Source of the DNA: Glaucostegus cemiculus
Taxonomy: Eukaryota
Length of the DNA stretch: 64,000 nt
NCBI GenBank assembly: GCA_976551045.1
Contig: CDPCPM010000141.1
Coordinates: 8,928,001-8,992,000 of the forward strand
Direction: 5' to 3'
The first letter of the stretch is position 1. Each line of letters starts with the position of its first letter. The notes under the pieces were generated by a model. That model did no database searches. It saw only the letters and a program-made list of their open reading frames with translations, and was not told the DNA's origin. The position numbers and the translations under genes are program-made. Of this stretch, positions 1 through 14,346 are shown piece after piece.

Positions 1-95
1 AGTGTGACTGACTGTCGCTGTCTCCCCCGCGGGGTGTGACTGTGACCTGTCGCTCTCCCCTGCAAGGTGTGGATATGACTGTTGCTCTGTCTGTG
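1..95. repeat. Degenerate minisatellite end (tgtgactgtcgctgtctcccc-like unit)
   Basis: About three imperfect copies; truncated by the window edge. Confidence 0.55.
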
Positions 96-1479
96 AGCAG
101 TTTCAGGTGGCGGGGCATGAGGCTATCACATGGTATCTGCCTGTAACATCAACAGTAGAATCTCGCCACTGCTTTGCAGACCTGAAATCAGTAGCTTAAG
201 AACAAACAGCTCGAACGTTAACCAATGTAGTTATTTGTTTCGTTTCATGCTTTTCAGCCTGGGCCAACCGTGCGGTGCTTCAGTCATTGTTTCCTTTAAA
301 ACGCTGTTGAAATCTTCCCGTCGCCTGGTGTTGAACTGAAATAACTCAGTATTCTCACCACCATTGAATGGCGATCGCTTGGCTGTTAGTTTCAGTATCT
401 GCGGGTTCCTCTCAATCTGTCGTTCAAAAGGATCTGTGAAATTGTGTGTGCAGTTCGCTGCTTCCTAGACTGACTGAATTGGTCAGACTAAGGAGCAGTG
501 ACATCTGCACAGAACATATTCCTTGTCGATTAGCAATTATTTTGTTCGCGGTATAATTCCAATGCAGTTTATTATAAGCACCTTCGGTGACAGCTTTTGT
601 TTAAACGAGACGCATCTCCCTCACGTGGCTCCAGTGTTAGAGGATTGGTACGCACATAAGCTTTCCTGTTTTATCCATGTTCTGCGCCCCACAGAGAGGT
701 GCTGTAGCAAACACTTGCAGGTTGTTTACGATCTGTAACGGATTATTCTGGAAATCATGGCTGCCATGGAATAGAAGAGCCGTTTGTAGCCCGTTTATCT
801 CTGGAATGACCTCCCCGTACCCTGCCAATACCTGCACTCTTTACCAACACCCCCTCCCCTCCTCCACCCACAGTGTAAGGTGCATTCTCTGACTTAATCA
901 TGTTGAACATTTTGTATCTCTGCTACATAACTTGCATTGCCCTGCAGGGAGATGTGTTGCCAATAAGTATTTCTGTTACCCTCCATAGCACTGTATGTCC
1001 CTTTTTTCTACCCTTCCAGCTAAGAAATAGAGGGAAATAACGACCCTGGACTGTGAGTGTGGTGCAGGCAGTGTCTTGTGACCACTTTACTGTTATATTT
1101 CATATGCGATAATGGTAAAAGTTGAACTTAGGAAATCATGCAGAAATGTTTTGATATTCCACACAGCTCATCCACTGATGAGCTCCAGCTTTCACTCCAC
1201 AGTGTTTGTCTGAATTTCCTTGTTGGTAGAGTAGCTATACTCATTGTTCCACCCCATCAGTAACATACAAAGCATCTTGCAGACTGTACAGTACTCAAGG
1301 CATGGGTGTGGCCTTTGAGTAAAGCTGAACAAGCCTTGAGTTGTTGGTTGTAAATTTTTATACTGTACAGTCTCTATAAATACTGTCATTAGGGAGAGAT
1401 CTGTAAACCCTCATTATTTTTTTATGTATGACATGAAAAATGCAATCCTTGGTCATGGTGTTGAACTGTTGCACTGTAA

Positions 1480-1485
1480 AATAAA
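1480..1485 (+). terminator. Candidate poly(A) signal of a convergent plus-strand transcript (MAGI3 expected by synteny, not confirmed)
   Basis: AATAAA followed by T/GT-rich ctttcggtctttgtgtttc and preceded by TGTA-rich 3'UTR-like sequence. Confidence 0.4.
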
Positions 1486-2067
1486 TCTTAACTTTCGGTC
1501 TTTGTGTTTCAAATGGTCCAAATCAAAGTTTACTGTCTAGATGCTGTTTAAAGTTGTGCTGCATTTGAAGTGACTTTGCTGAGAATTGCAGGATCAAAGC
1601 AAGTACGTGGGTTTTTGGTGTGCTTCGTAATCTATGGGATTAGTACCCATTCCTGTCTACAATTATTTTCAACAAATTATATCCTCTTTTACATAGTTAG
1701 TCTTTAAGTAGGTTATATACTAACATGCTACGCTATCAGTTCATAGTTAGTGATGTAAGCCTAGGTTGATTAATTTCCACAGACAATAATTAGTACTGGC
1801 ACATCTTGTGGTGTCCCACAAAGTATCCCCTTTCCTTAAACATATGGTGCGAAGGTCAAATGTGATACATAAGTCACAAGTTCAGAGTTAGGAGTAGGTA
1901 TGAGAAGAGATGGGATAGTATTCCACCAAGGTTTGCAATAAATGTTGAGTTTCACCCTTGTTCTACTGCATTCTGTAGTTCAACTTGGTTACTAGTGTAA
2001 TTCTCTAGTATCAGCCCATTTCTTAGATAACAGATCAAGTGAAGGATAGCTAGAGTAGAAGCTTTGC

Positions 2068-2073
2068 TTTATT
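2068..2073 (-). terminator. Candidate PHTF1 polyadenylation signal AATAAA
   Basis: tttatt on the + strand ~620 nt past the stop codon. Confidence 0.45.
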
Positions 2074-2696
2074 TTGAAAGCTAAACTGGCAATAATTAGA
2101 ACTGGCAGATTTCAGCTTTTAACATTACAGAACCAACCTGTGACTTACAATTGGCCACTAGGCCAATACTTAAATAACATGATTTTAGCAGCACCTTCTG
2201 TCCATGGATACAATAATTACAGTACCAGCCTTGGGCTATAGTTTTACCTGCTCTGCAGGATCGTAAATCAAGCATTATACCACACACAACTTAAAATTAA
2301 GATTTTGTTTTGGGGAGAAAAGGAGCAGTAGAACCACAATGGGGCATTTGAAATTCAGCCAGTGCACGTTTAAAGAGGGATGGATGTGGAGGAAGAAATC
2401 CCACAGGTCTTTCAGTCTCTGCTATTCACTTGTCCCAGTATGGAAGTACAAGTGGTTCGAATTTACTTGTACAACCATACTGGTAAAGAACTTAAGTTGC
2501 TTTCATCCCTGGATCTTCCACAGTTGCTGATGAAAGCAAAAATCTGGCAGGGAGAAAAATGACAAACATTCTTCCTTCTGTGTTCTGGTAACTTGAGAGA
2601 GCTGTTTATATTACCAAATCAGGTTAGTTGAGTAGATGGAACATTCTTCACCATCTTGGACAGTTTAGTTATCTTCTCAGTTTCAACTCCTGCAGG

Positions 2697-2714
2697 TCAC
2701 TTAATCTTCCACAG
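2697..2714 (-). CDS. PHTF1: PHTF1 terminal coding exon (LWKIK-stop)
   Basis: tttttctcctag|CTGTGGAAGATTAAGTGA matches the PHTF C-terminus LWKIK(S). Confidence 0.92.
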   Translation of the reverse strand: MWKIK

Positions 2715-2957
2715 CTAGGAGAAAAAGTGTTTCCATTAACTGTTTCATCTAGCCAAATTGTTGTATTTTTACTTCAAATCTTACTGTAAAATTCATCTAC
2801 TCAACATTAAATACTGTTAAAGGTGGAACTTTGAACTGGTATAAAGGAAGATTTAGCAAGGTTCCATTCAGTCATGGATCTCATCTTAGAAAAAAATATT
2901 TGTGAATGGAGAAAGAATAGATATAGAAAGTGGAAGAGATAGCTTCTGTCATGACTA

Positions 2958-3107
<150 letters not shown>

Positions 3108-3660
3108 CTATAAAGGTAAAGTTGATAGATACTTTATCAGCTATAGTGCGGTATCACTGACCAAGAGCTGCCAAGCCCCACAGTTATCTATGTATTGCTG
3201 CTACATTTAGACAGTTGTGGTATATCTGCCTTGGTTTAGTGACTAGATTAAAGAATGAAAACCTCTCTTTTCTAAAATGCATATAGGATATTTTTTCCCC
3301 TGATGGTAGATTAGGCTTAACATGTCATCCAAACCAGAACTCAGAGTGCAATACTCCAATGGGGTTGTCACCCCAGCTTTCAGCTATATTGCCACTCAAC
3401 AACTTTGTGCCACAAAGGCAAAAATGCTTTCTTGCTGTCCAGATCATGCTGGTTTCTGTTCCCCTTTCACCCAAGGAGCTAGTGTGGTAGAAGGACAAAT
3501 TTAAGATCAACAATTGCTGCAGCATTCTTCACAGTACACTCATGAGAAGGCTGCTAGGAATTCAACAACAGGACCAAGGTTTTTTTTAAAACCATGGAAA
3601 ATATGACCCAGTTTCCTACAGATTAATTAAGCAGCAGAAAAGGGAAGACTTCTTGTGTCA

Positions 3661-3825
<165 letters not shown>

Positions 3826-3970
3826 CTATTGAAAATAAAAGCAGGGAAGTGGTAATGTCACAGTCTATAATCAGCCTTCTCCAAAACTGAAAAGAGTTTT
3901 GTTCTCCACTTCAAAACAATTTTCAGATTTGCCATAAGAATAAAAACAATTTCCACAGTGGCAACTCTCA

Positions 3971-4288
<318 letters not shown>

Positions 4289-4496
4289 TCAGCATAATCT
4301 GAAAACTTTCTTCCCTTTGATAGATATAGAACATGCATTTATATAGCTTTTGCAACCACACTCAATGGCCCAAAGCACTTTACAGCTAATACATTTGAAC
4401 TGAAATTACTGTTGTAATATTGCTGTGCACAGCAGGTTCACATTAACAAATGTGATATGACCAGATACTGTTTGAAGAACAAATACTAGCCTCAGA

Positions 4497-4905
4497 TCAT
4501 AAGATCACAAGATAATGGAGCAGAAGCAGGCCAGTCGGCCCATCGAGTCTGCTCCAAAGGGAAGGGAGGGTGGGGAAAAAAGGATGAGAAAAAAAACTAT
4601 TCTAAGTCCAAATCCCTGCCTTATCTCCATATCCCTTGACCAATTAGATATCTATCTATTTCCTTCTTGAATATCCCCAATGATCTGGCTTCCACAGGTT
4701 CACCACCCTCTGGCTAAAGAAATTCCTCCTTATCTCTGTTTTGAACCTGCTTCCTCTAATTCTAAGGTTGTGTCCTCTAGTCCTGGATTCCCCCACCAAG
4801 GGAAACAGCTTGACCACATTCACTTTGTCCATTCCTTTTAGGTCCCCTCTCATTCTTCTGTACTCCAATGAGTACGGTCCAAGTGACGACAGTTGCTCAT
4901 CATAT
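4497..4905 (-). mobile_element. CR1 LINE 3' fragment
   Basis: ORF 4656..4868 reads RRMRGDL...SRTRGHNLRI...RRNFFSQRVVNLW, the CR1 ORF2 C-terminus, followed by the 3' tail. Confidence 0.9.
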
Positions 4906-5295
4906 GTAATGACTCTAAGAGAATTTCCTGCTCTTTAAAATACAATTTTAGGACTACAGTAGAAGGCCAAGGATTTACCATCTCACTTTACTTCCAGTAG
5001 CATATTGACGGCATTGTACTGGCCCGGATTATGGGCGCCAGTGCAGGAGTGGATCTTCAACCATGACCCAGTGGCATTATAAATGTAAGCTTTGACTTTC
5101 TATTCACTATCATTCTAATCATTAAAGAATTCCTGGTTACAAAGCAATAAAAAAAAAGCTGCAAGTCTGGTTGTTGGTGAGGGGTTAACCCAAAGAAGAA
5201 TATGAGAGGTTTGAGGTTCAAGTGATACAAGAAATAACACTCATGAGCCATAATCATAAAATCAATGCCTTTTCTCCCAATCACAAGCTCATTTA

Positions 5296-5703
<408 letters not shown>

Positions 5704-5885
5704 TTATATAAATGGTAATTCTCAGAATTGAGCTCTAAATGGGACTAAATTTTCTAACCTAGGACTGATGGATCAGTCTTTTTATTCAGACAACATGATC
5801 CCTCAGCAGCTCCTGGACCAGTGGGCAGGACTATAGACATGTAGGGCACAATTTCTGAAACTCCCCATACATTTGGTGAATTTTA

Positions 5886-6254
<369 letters not shown>

Positions 6255-7618
6255 TTAACAAAAGCCTTGCTTTCCAATGATATAAAAGGTTTTATAACAG
6301 AAGTGGCTCCCTGCTGTCCTTGCATTTGTTCTGGAAGTTTAGCTGTATTCTACCAAGCAAAGACTTTATGAATTAGAATGGTTACAATCTTATTCAATGT
6401 GGTATAATTTACAGATTAGAAAACATCTGGGCAAAGTAGTTTTTAAATTGAATTTGTAATAAAAATGCAGAACAGTACAGCACAGGAACAGACCCTTTGG
6501 CACAAGATATTCTGTGCAGACAATGAGGGGCTGTAATTACAAAAGTTATTAATAAACACAACAGAAATAAGGAAACATTTCTTCACCAAGGGTAGTACTT
6601 ATTAACAGAGGGAGTGCAGACACTTTTAAAAGAAAAATGTAGTATAGGAAACAAAATGGAATAGAATGATGTACAGAAAGTCTGAGATCAAGGAACGGAA
6701 TACGAGATGCATGCAGAGTGCACATGTGAGAATGAATTAGTATGGTTGAATGGCCTGCCTACATTCAATATATTCTCTGGAACCTAGTGAGCTGAACATT
6801 GGATGGAAATCTAATGGCACCAGGGTAGTTTCATGAAAAATTGAAATAAAAGGTTGTTTGCAATAACTGCAACCACAAAGATGTTGGGGAGCTGGGTGGA
6901 GCAGGGGAGGAGGCAGAAAGAAAAGGCATACCAGACCCTCAAATTTTAAAGAGGCTTAAACACAGTTCAGCCAAGGGATCACATCCAGTGTGATGCTTGT
7001 GTGTATTACTATCTTGTTATGATTATTTAGGGTTCTACACAGCAGTCATTTGGCCCCAATGAGCAAATGGTACTGTTACAACTTGCATTCATTTAGGGAT
7101 GCAGTAAAAACTTTCCGAAGTACATCTGAAGAGGATTATCAAACAAAACTTAACATCACATCTCAACAAAAAGATAGCTTTTGAGGAAATGATTTAAATG
7201 ATCACAAGTGCAGAACTTTTGTTTGACACTTCCAGAGATAATAGCTCAGTGGTGGAGCAATTAAAGTTATGGGGTACCAACTTGCCCAAATTGAAGGGCT
7301 GAATGAGGTTACAAAGATAGAAGGATTTGAAAATGAGGATGAAAATACTAAACTGGGGCATTGCCAGAAGGGGAAGCACCATAGGCCAGTGAACCCATGG
7401 GAGAAGAGCGAATGACACTGGTGAATGAAATATGGCCAAAGTTCTCGACAGTGGAAAATAGGAAGCCAGCCAGGAAAACAGTGGATTAGTCAGAACAGTC
7501 AGAAGTTTAGAGTTAGGAGGAAAGGTGAGGACTTGTGGATGAGTAGAGGAAGGGGTGGGTTGGATGACGTTGTCATGGAATGAGGCCAACAGTTAATTGA
7601 TGTTCCACTGTTGCTCAC

Positions 7619-7891
7619 CTGCTTATACGTTCTCTCTGCCACACAAAGAATGAAGAAAAACATCCACATCAGACAGAACCGCTCCAAAATGTTTATCAGT
7701 ACTAAGACGATGAGAGGCCCATCAGGCTTCCCGCCACAAGTGATTGTCAGTAACTCAGGGATGGAGGAGGCGGCTAACTGGTCCAGGTTTTTCTGTTGGA
7801 AAAGGCGAAATGCATAGGGCAGCACCGTGAGGACAGATGTTACCACGTATCCCAGGATCCGGTAACCATTATGCTGCTCAAAAGTATTTGC
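7619..7891 (-). CDS. PHTF1: PHTF1 coding exon 11 (ANTFEQHNGY...WMFFFILCVAERTYKQ)
   Basis: 273 nt, canonical splice sites, conserved CVAERTYKQ. Confidence 0.95.
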
Positions 7892-8249
7892 CTGTTGGTA
7901 GAAAGTAGGAACAGAAAAAAAAACACTGGGATACAGGGAGAACTAGTATTGGATAAATACATAAATCACTGTCCCTCAAAAAATCCAAAAGCTTTGTCTA
8001 TAGTTCAGACACCCTCAAAGTATCTCAACTCCCAATCTAAGCTATCCCATCTCTTTAGCTGCACCCCACCCACACTCCCTTCCACCACAGTAACCCCACA
8101 GCATCTGTTGCATGCCACTCAAAACCAGAGACACCCTGCCCAGAAATCCTCTTTCTCATACACAACTACCCTGTGATTCACTCTCTCAGGTCCATCCCAC
8201 AGAGAAATTAGACACCAAGACACTTCCAAGATTCAGTAAATTCACTCTA

Positions 8250-8393
<144 letters not shown>

Positions 8394-8751
8394 TTACAAA
8401 TTAAATAAATTTCCCATTTCTGATGGGTATTAGTGGAGTTTACTTCTAATACAAAGTTCAAATTACAAAGCCACCAGTGACTGAAATCAAGCAAAGTCAT
8501 CCTTTAGGTGAGGAAAGCAACAAGCTCGGAGGTTTGTAGGGTTGGAGAGAGGGAGGGGCAAGTCCATGGAGTGGATGAGGATTTTAAATTACGGCCAAAC
8601 TAGAAACTAATACAAGTCAGAACAATAGATACTACAAGCAGGAATGCTTTACTTCTGGAACACCCCCCAGCTCAGCAGAGATGACATAACATAATTCAGA
8701 GAACATTTAGTTACATGAAAATGTAGGGTGGTCACTCATTCAAGCACACAC

Positions 8752-8811
8752 CTGACGGTAACTAGCGTCTGGCAAGGATGGACATTCAGGAAAATTCTCC
8801 GTCGGCATCTT
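8752..8811 (-). CDS. PHTF1: Candidate additional or cassette PHTF1 exon (KMPTENFPECPSLPDASYRQ)
   Basis: ctctctctctag| acceptor, CAG|GTGTGT donor, 60 nt, phase 0-0, no stop codon, locally CpG-rich. No homology recognised. Confidence 0.5.
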
Positions 8812-8984
8812 CTAGAGAGAGAGCACTTCTAACTTGAATGTGCCAAGTGCAATCAGCAAAGCAGTAATTTCTATGTATTCCAGTTTAAGCCCTCTCAATC
8901 CCTTTCCCATTTCTGATGGGTATTAGTGGAGTTTACTTCTAAGTACTTTGTGAAGAGTTTGGGTGGTCCAGGAATAGACTGGTG

Positions 8985-9575
8985 TAGGATGAGAGTTCCT
9001 TACCTTCCACTCCACGAACCTCCGCATTAAACAGATCATCCTTCACAACCTCTGCCACCTTCAATGAGATTCCACCATCAGGCACATCATTCCCTCCCCT
9101 TTCACCACTTCGCAGGGAGCATTCCCATCACAACTCATGGTCTGCTCTTCAATCCCCACTAACCACTCCCTTTCTCGTGGCACTTTCTATAATCTCTGCA
9201 CTACTGTATTCTTGGATACAGAATCTGCTCTTTTACTTTGCTTCCCACTGTCAGGGACCCAATCAGTACTTCAAGCAATTCACTTGCATGACTTCCAACC
9301 TAGCATATGGCCTTTAGTAGGCATGGCACAATCTCCTTTACATTGGAGAAATCAAACACATCTTCGGTGACTGCTTTGCAGAGCTCCTTCAGTCAGTCCA
9401 CAGGGGCAACCCCAAGCTTTCACTTTGATTCTCCTTCCCACTCTAACATCAGTGTCTGTTGCCTCCTGCACTGTTATAATGAGGTCCACTTCAGTTTGAA
9501 GAACAGCAGCTCATCTACCGTCTGGGCACATTGCACCTTTCAGGACTCAATGTCAAATTCAACAACTTAAGATAA
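8985..9575 (+). mobile_element. Penelope-like retroelement relic (GIY-YIG endonuclease region)
   Basis: Broken frames read LTFHSTNLRIKQIILHNLCHLQ and LLYIGEIKHIFGDCFAELL. Confidence 0.75.
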
Positions 9576-9970
9576 CTTGCTTTTTCTGTTGGTATCAGAA
9601 CTGGCCAGTTCTGCCATCTGCAACGTTAGTTTCTCCTCAGTTGTCCTGAACTGAACCTCAGTTTCTCCTCTCTCCATAGACACTCCCTGACCTCAGCATT
9701 TCCAGCATTTGACTTCTGGTTACAGCAATGCCTTGAACCCACATTTTACACCTTTACCATGTTCACTTCTTTGTCCCCTCATTAATCTATTAACTAGACA
9801 GATCCATGAACACTGGGATCACCTTGGGAATCCTGGCCTCACCCCCTCAGATATTCCCTTTGTCCCATCCATCCCTCCTCCACCCTCTGCAGATTATCAT
9901 TAGGTCTGTTGAAGGATTGTCAACCCAAAATATTAACCCTGTTTCACTTTCCACAGAAGCTGGATCATCA

Positions 9971-10432
<462 letters not shown>

Positions 10433-11358
10433 TTAAAACTTTTTACTTGAACACAAATCATTGTCATGATCAATTTGTACAAAAAAATCCCACCATGATT
10501 AAGAATAATAACAATTAACTAATGTCTTTTATAGTGTTGATTCAATGATAACCAGAAGCAGAAGAGAACCTGCCTTTTCAAATCAGCATGAGAAGAGCAG
10601 GAGGCTGAAAAAACACTGGGGTGGGTCAGGGCAGACTGGGTTTAAGAAAATGGTTCTGGTTTGTGTAGCAACCTGAAAGAGTTAGGGATCAGTCTTCTAA
10701 TGAAGGAATATTCAGGAAGATCCTAAATCTCAAAATTATTTAGAATTTAATCAAATACATACGGCCTTTTTACATACAGGTCTACTCTGACACTTCTAAT
10801 TCACATGAGAGTTATCTCACCTATCAACCTGCTTCAATCAGGCTACCCTTGCTCTCTCACATCAGGTTACCCAGCTTCCCCTTGTGAAACTAAGCCATTT
10901 GCCTCAGAGTTGCAAACTCTAACCACGTGTGGTAAAGAAGCTCCTCGCACATTCCGGAGTGAATTACAAGTAATCAACATATCTAAGACACATATTTGTA
11001 GAGGAATCAATACTAAGTTAACCCCACCAAACATTAAAAGCCACTATCAGGGCACCCCTCACCCTATTTTTTTTCCTCTGGAGAGTCCCAGCCTATTCAT
11101 TCCTAAGCCATCATTCTTGTAAATCTTTTATCCTTACATTTTTTTGTTAGGAGCCCCCCCCCCCCCAAGACAGTTTCACCCACTGACCCCAGGAGTTCAA
11201 CATCCAAAAGGAGCAACTCCTGGAATGATTTTATCCTTTGCTCTCTCCCATCCTCATTCAATGTGCAGGCTGAGAAAGGCAAACACCTACAGTGTCAGAT
11301 GGCCCAGCCTTGGTCTAATGGCAGACACTTTGATAAACTCATTGTTTGCAGTTCATAC

Positions 11359-11448
11359 CGGATTTTGGGCTGTAGATTCAAACTCCGAGTCCTGCAAGCT
11401 GTCAGAGTCTCGCTTTGGAATCTCCCACCTTGGGATTCTGTCTCTGCC
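11359..11448 (-). CDS. PHTF1: PHTF1 coding exon 8 (GRDRIPRWEIPKRDSDSLQDSEFESTAQNP)
   Basis: tttacag| acceptor, |GTATGA donor, 90 nt, PHTF1-type RDSDSL..SEFES. Confidence 0.9.
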
Positions 11449-11639
11449 CTGTAAATAGAAGAAAAATTGACTGCAGTAACGAAGGCAGGACTTGGTGCAA
11501 GTTGCCCCTGTTTAACATCAATCGCAGTCTGTAATTAAGTTGGGTGTGGGTGGTGTGAATTAAACAGAAATGTTTGTGAAGATGTGGTTTTACTGTCACA
11601 AGTGAAAATGAGAGGCAGAGACAACAAACTGCAAACTAC

Positions 11640-11801
11640 CTCTGAGCCCCCAGTTGTTTTGACCTGTGCACTTCTTCGGAATCGTAACATGTTCAAAGTC
11701 CCCTTCACCCTTTGCTGGGTTAGCAAGTGCCGTGCTTGGCTCTCCGTTTCCTCACTGGAATTTTCCTCTGAACCTCGATTTGTAGTTCGGTGCTGAGCAT
11801 C
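11640..11801 (-). CDS. PHTF1: PHTF1 coding exon 7 (DAQHRTTNRGSEENSSEETESQ...AQVKTTGGSE)
   Basis: Pyrimidine-rich acceptor, |GTAGTT donor, 162 nt, SSEE acidic motif as in PHTF proteins. Confidence 0.8.
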
Positions 11802-12219
11802 CTGAGAACAAGACACAGAACTTCAAAACCAGCTATATCGCTGACTGAGCTGTACAGAGTACAGAACCAAGTAAACAGGTCAGGCCAAGAGCTAAACTCT
11901 ATCAGGAAGTGAAATATATTTTATAACCCTTATCTGTAATTACAAAAGAGGAGGTAGCTCCATTAAACCATACATCAGTCTACAGATTACTTCATCAATT
12001 AAACAATAGTTAAATTGTGTAGCATTAACTAATATACGGATTGATCAATCACCAAACAAACATATCTGGAATAAAAGTGTATAAACTGGGTTGAAGCACG
12101 TCAGCCATGACTGAGCCAAGGTATGGGCTCAAACAATTGAATATCCTCTTGTTCCTGTTGCCTTCATAATTTATGGATCAGGTGCACCAGATGTCTACAG
12201 GTATGGGCCACAGACTTAC

Positions 12220-12292
12220 TTTTCCATTGTTGGGCATAGGGATCGTAGAGCAGCGTCCAACCTTTCTAGATAGGTGTCTTGTTTGCGTAGTT
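12220..12292 (-). CDS. PHTF1: PHTF1 coding exon 6, divergent (TTQTRHLSRKVGRCSTIPMPNNGK)
   Basis: ttctcag| acceptor, |GTAAGT donor. Its 73 nt convert phase 2 to the phase 0 required by the next exon. No recognisable homology. Confidence 0.7.
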
Positions 12293-12619
12293 CTGAGAAC
12301 AAAGGAAAACACATTTCATAATGGGATAAAACAGAGCACCAGAGATCCATGGAGAAGGACATCATTGTTAGATTCTAAGGTCACGAATGCTCATGATGAA
12401 CGTCTAGTCTTATCATTTCCAATCTGCCACGTAACATCTCCCAGTCTCAAAGGAAACGCAAACTGAATGCTGAAATGCATCACTGGGTGGATTAGAAAAT
12501 GGTGACATCATGCTCAAACTGGATGATCTCTTGATCAGAAAGCATCACATGTACTGGGCCCAGTCCTCAAGTTAATAGCAAATTCATTCAATACATTAAC
12601 CTTGGGAAATGAGGTTATT

Positions 12620-13200
12620 GGGCTTTCCATTTTTGTTACAGCTCCCCGAGTTATTCAATTAGTCCCACACCCTGCTCTTTCCCTATAACCCTGCAAAGAA
12701 AGAAAGCCCAATTCCTTGCAAGTTCCCATTGCAAAATTCTATCCATTTTCTATACAGTGCATGCTACTTTAAAACTGCACTGCATTAAAAATCCCTCTTT
12801 TGCCAGTTACCTTAATTCTGACTCCTCTGGTTTCCAACCTCCTGCTAGTGGAAATAGTTTCTCCCATTTCTCTATCAAAGTCCCTCATAGATTTGAGCAC
12901 CTCAATTAAATATTCCTTAACCTATTCTATAACCTATTCAAGGATAAAATTCCAGCTTCTTCAGCTCTACATTATTAGTTTCCGATAATCTCCAGTGTTC
13001 CCTCTTTGAAGCTTCCTAAAGCTTAGTTCTTAAATTTAAACAATCCTTCCTCCAAGGCCTAACAAGCAATTTAGAAAGGTTTTAGTATTAGTTCCTTGCT
13101 TTTACAGCTTATGCCTCTTTGTAAAACCAAGGATCCTGAATGTATTTGCAACAGTTTAGACAATGTGGATCACTAACCTCATCACAATTCTGTCCCCATC
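12620..13200 (-). mobile_element. Old degraded CR1-like fragment
   Basis: Resembles the other antisense CR1 3' ends in this window. Confidence 0.5.
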
Positions 13201-13390
13201 CTAAAGCAATCCATTCCACTTGTGCTTCCATTCAAATTCTTATGCTGACATTTATACTGGAAACTTACAAAATGTGCATATATTCATGAATTAAATATAA
13301 TAAATTTGGGAATTACAGGACAGTTTCGGTGTGTTCATTTTCTGTCGCTTTAAGCTTGGTGACAAACAGATTTGTTCATCAAAAACCTCA

Positions 13391-13588
<198 letters not shown>

Positions 13589-13617
13589 TTACGCAAAGAT
13601 TAAATTAAATAAAATTA

Positions 13618-13980
<363 letters not shown>

Positions 13981-14276
13981 TTACACATCATTACACATAG
14001 CTGTCTGATATAACTAGGTCATTTCAGAGGGCAGCTAAGAGTTAAGAACTAGATTATGAGTCTGGGAAATGAGGATTGGATTCCTTTATTAAATAACATT
14101 ACTGAGTCAATTGTATTTTTTGACAATCTGATTGGTTCGCAGTACACTAGCTTTTCATTTATTTAATTAGCTGAATTTAAATTCCCCAACTACATGGTGG
14201 TATTTGAATGTGTCTCTCTAGTTTATCAGACAGAGGCTAAAAAACAAAATAGGAGAAAACACTTCCCTGGTCTCAC

Positions 14277-14346
14277 CTCTTACAAGGTCGACATCAATCA
14301 GGTCAGACTTTATTCGGCCAGTCTTTTTAGGTTTACTTCGCAGACC
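14277..14346 (-). CDS. PHTF1: PHTF1 coding exon 3 (GLRSKPKKTGRIKSDLIDVDLVR)
   Basis: ccag| acceptor, |GTGAGA donor, 70 nt, conserved DLIDVDL. Confidence 0.95.

Noticed and set aside
231-464. 77-codon stop-free minus-strand frame (EAANCTHNFTDPFERQ...KRNK)
   Set aside because: Weak acceptor, no ATG near its start and no recognisable homology; this length can arise by chance
8715-8860. Possible H/ACA snoRNA (AGAAGA box, ACA near 8721, small stems)
   Set aside because: Hairpin geometry does not fit a canonical two-hairpin fold; the splice signals explain the segment better as an exon
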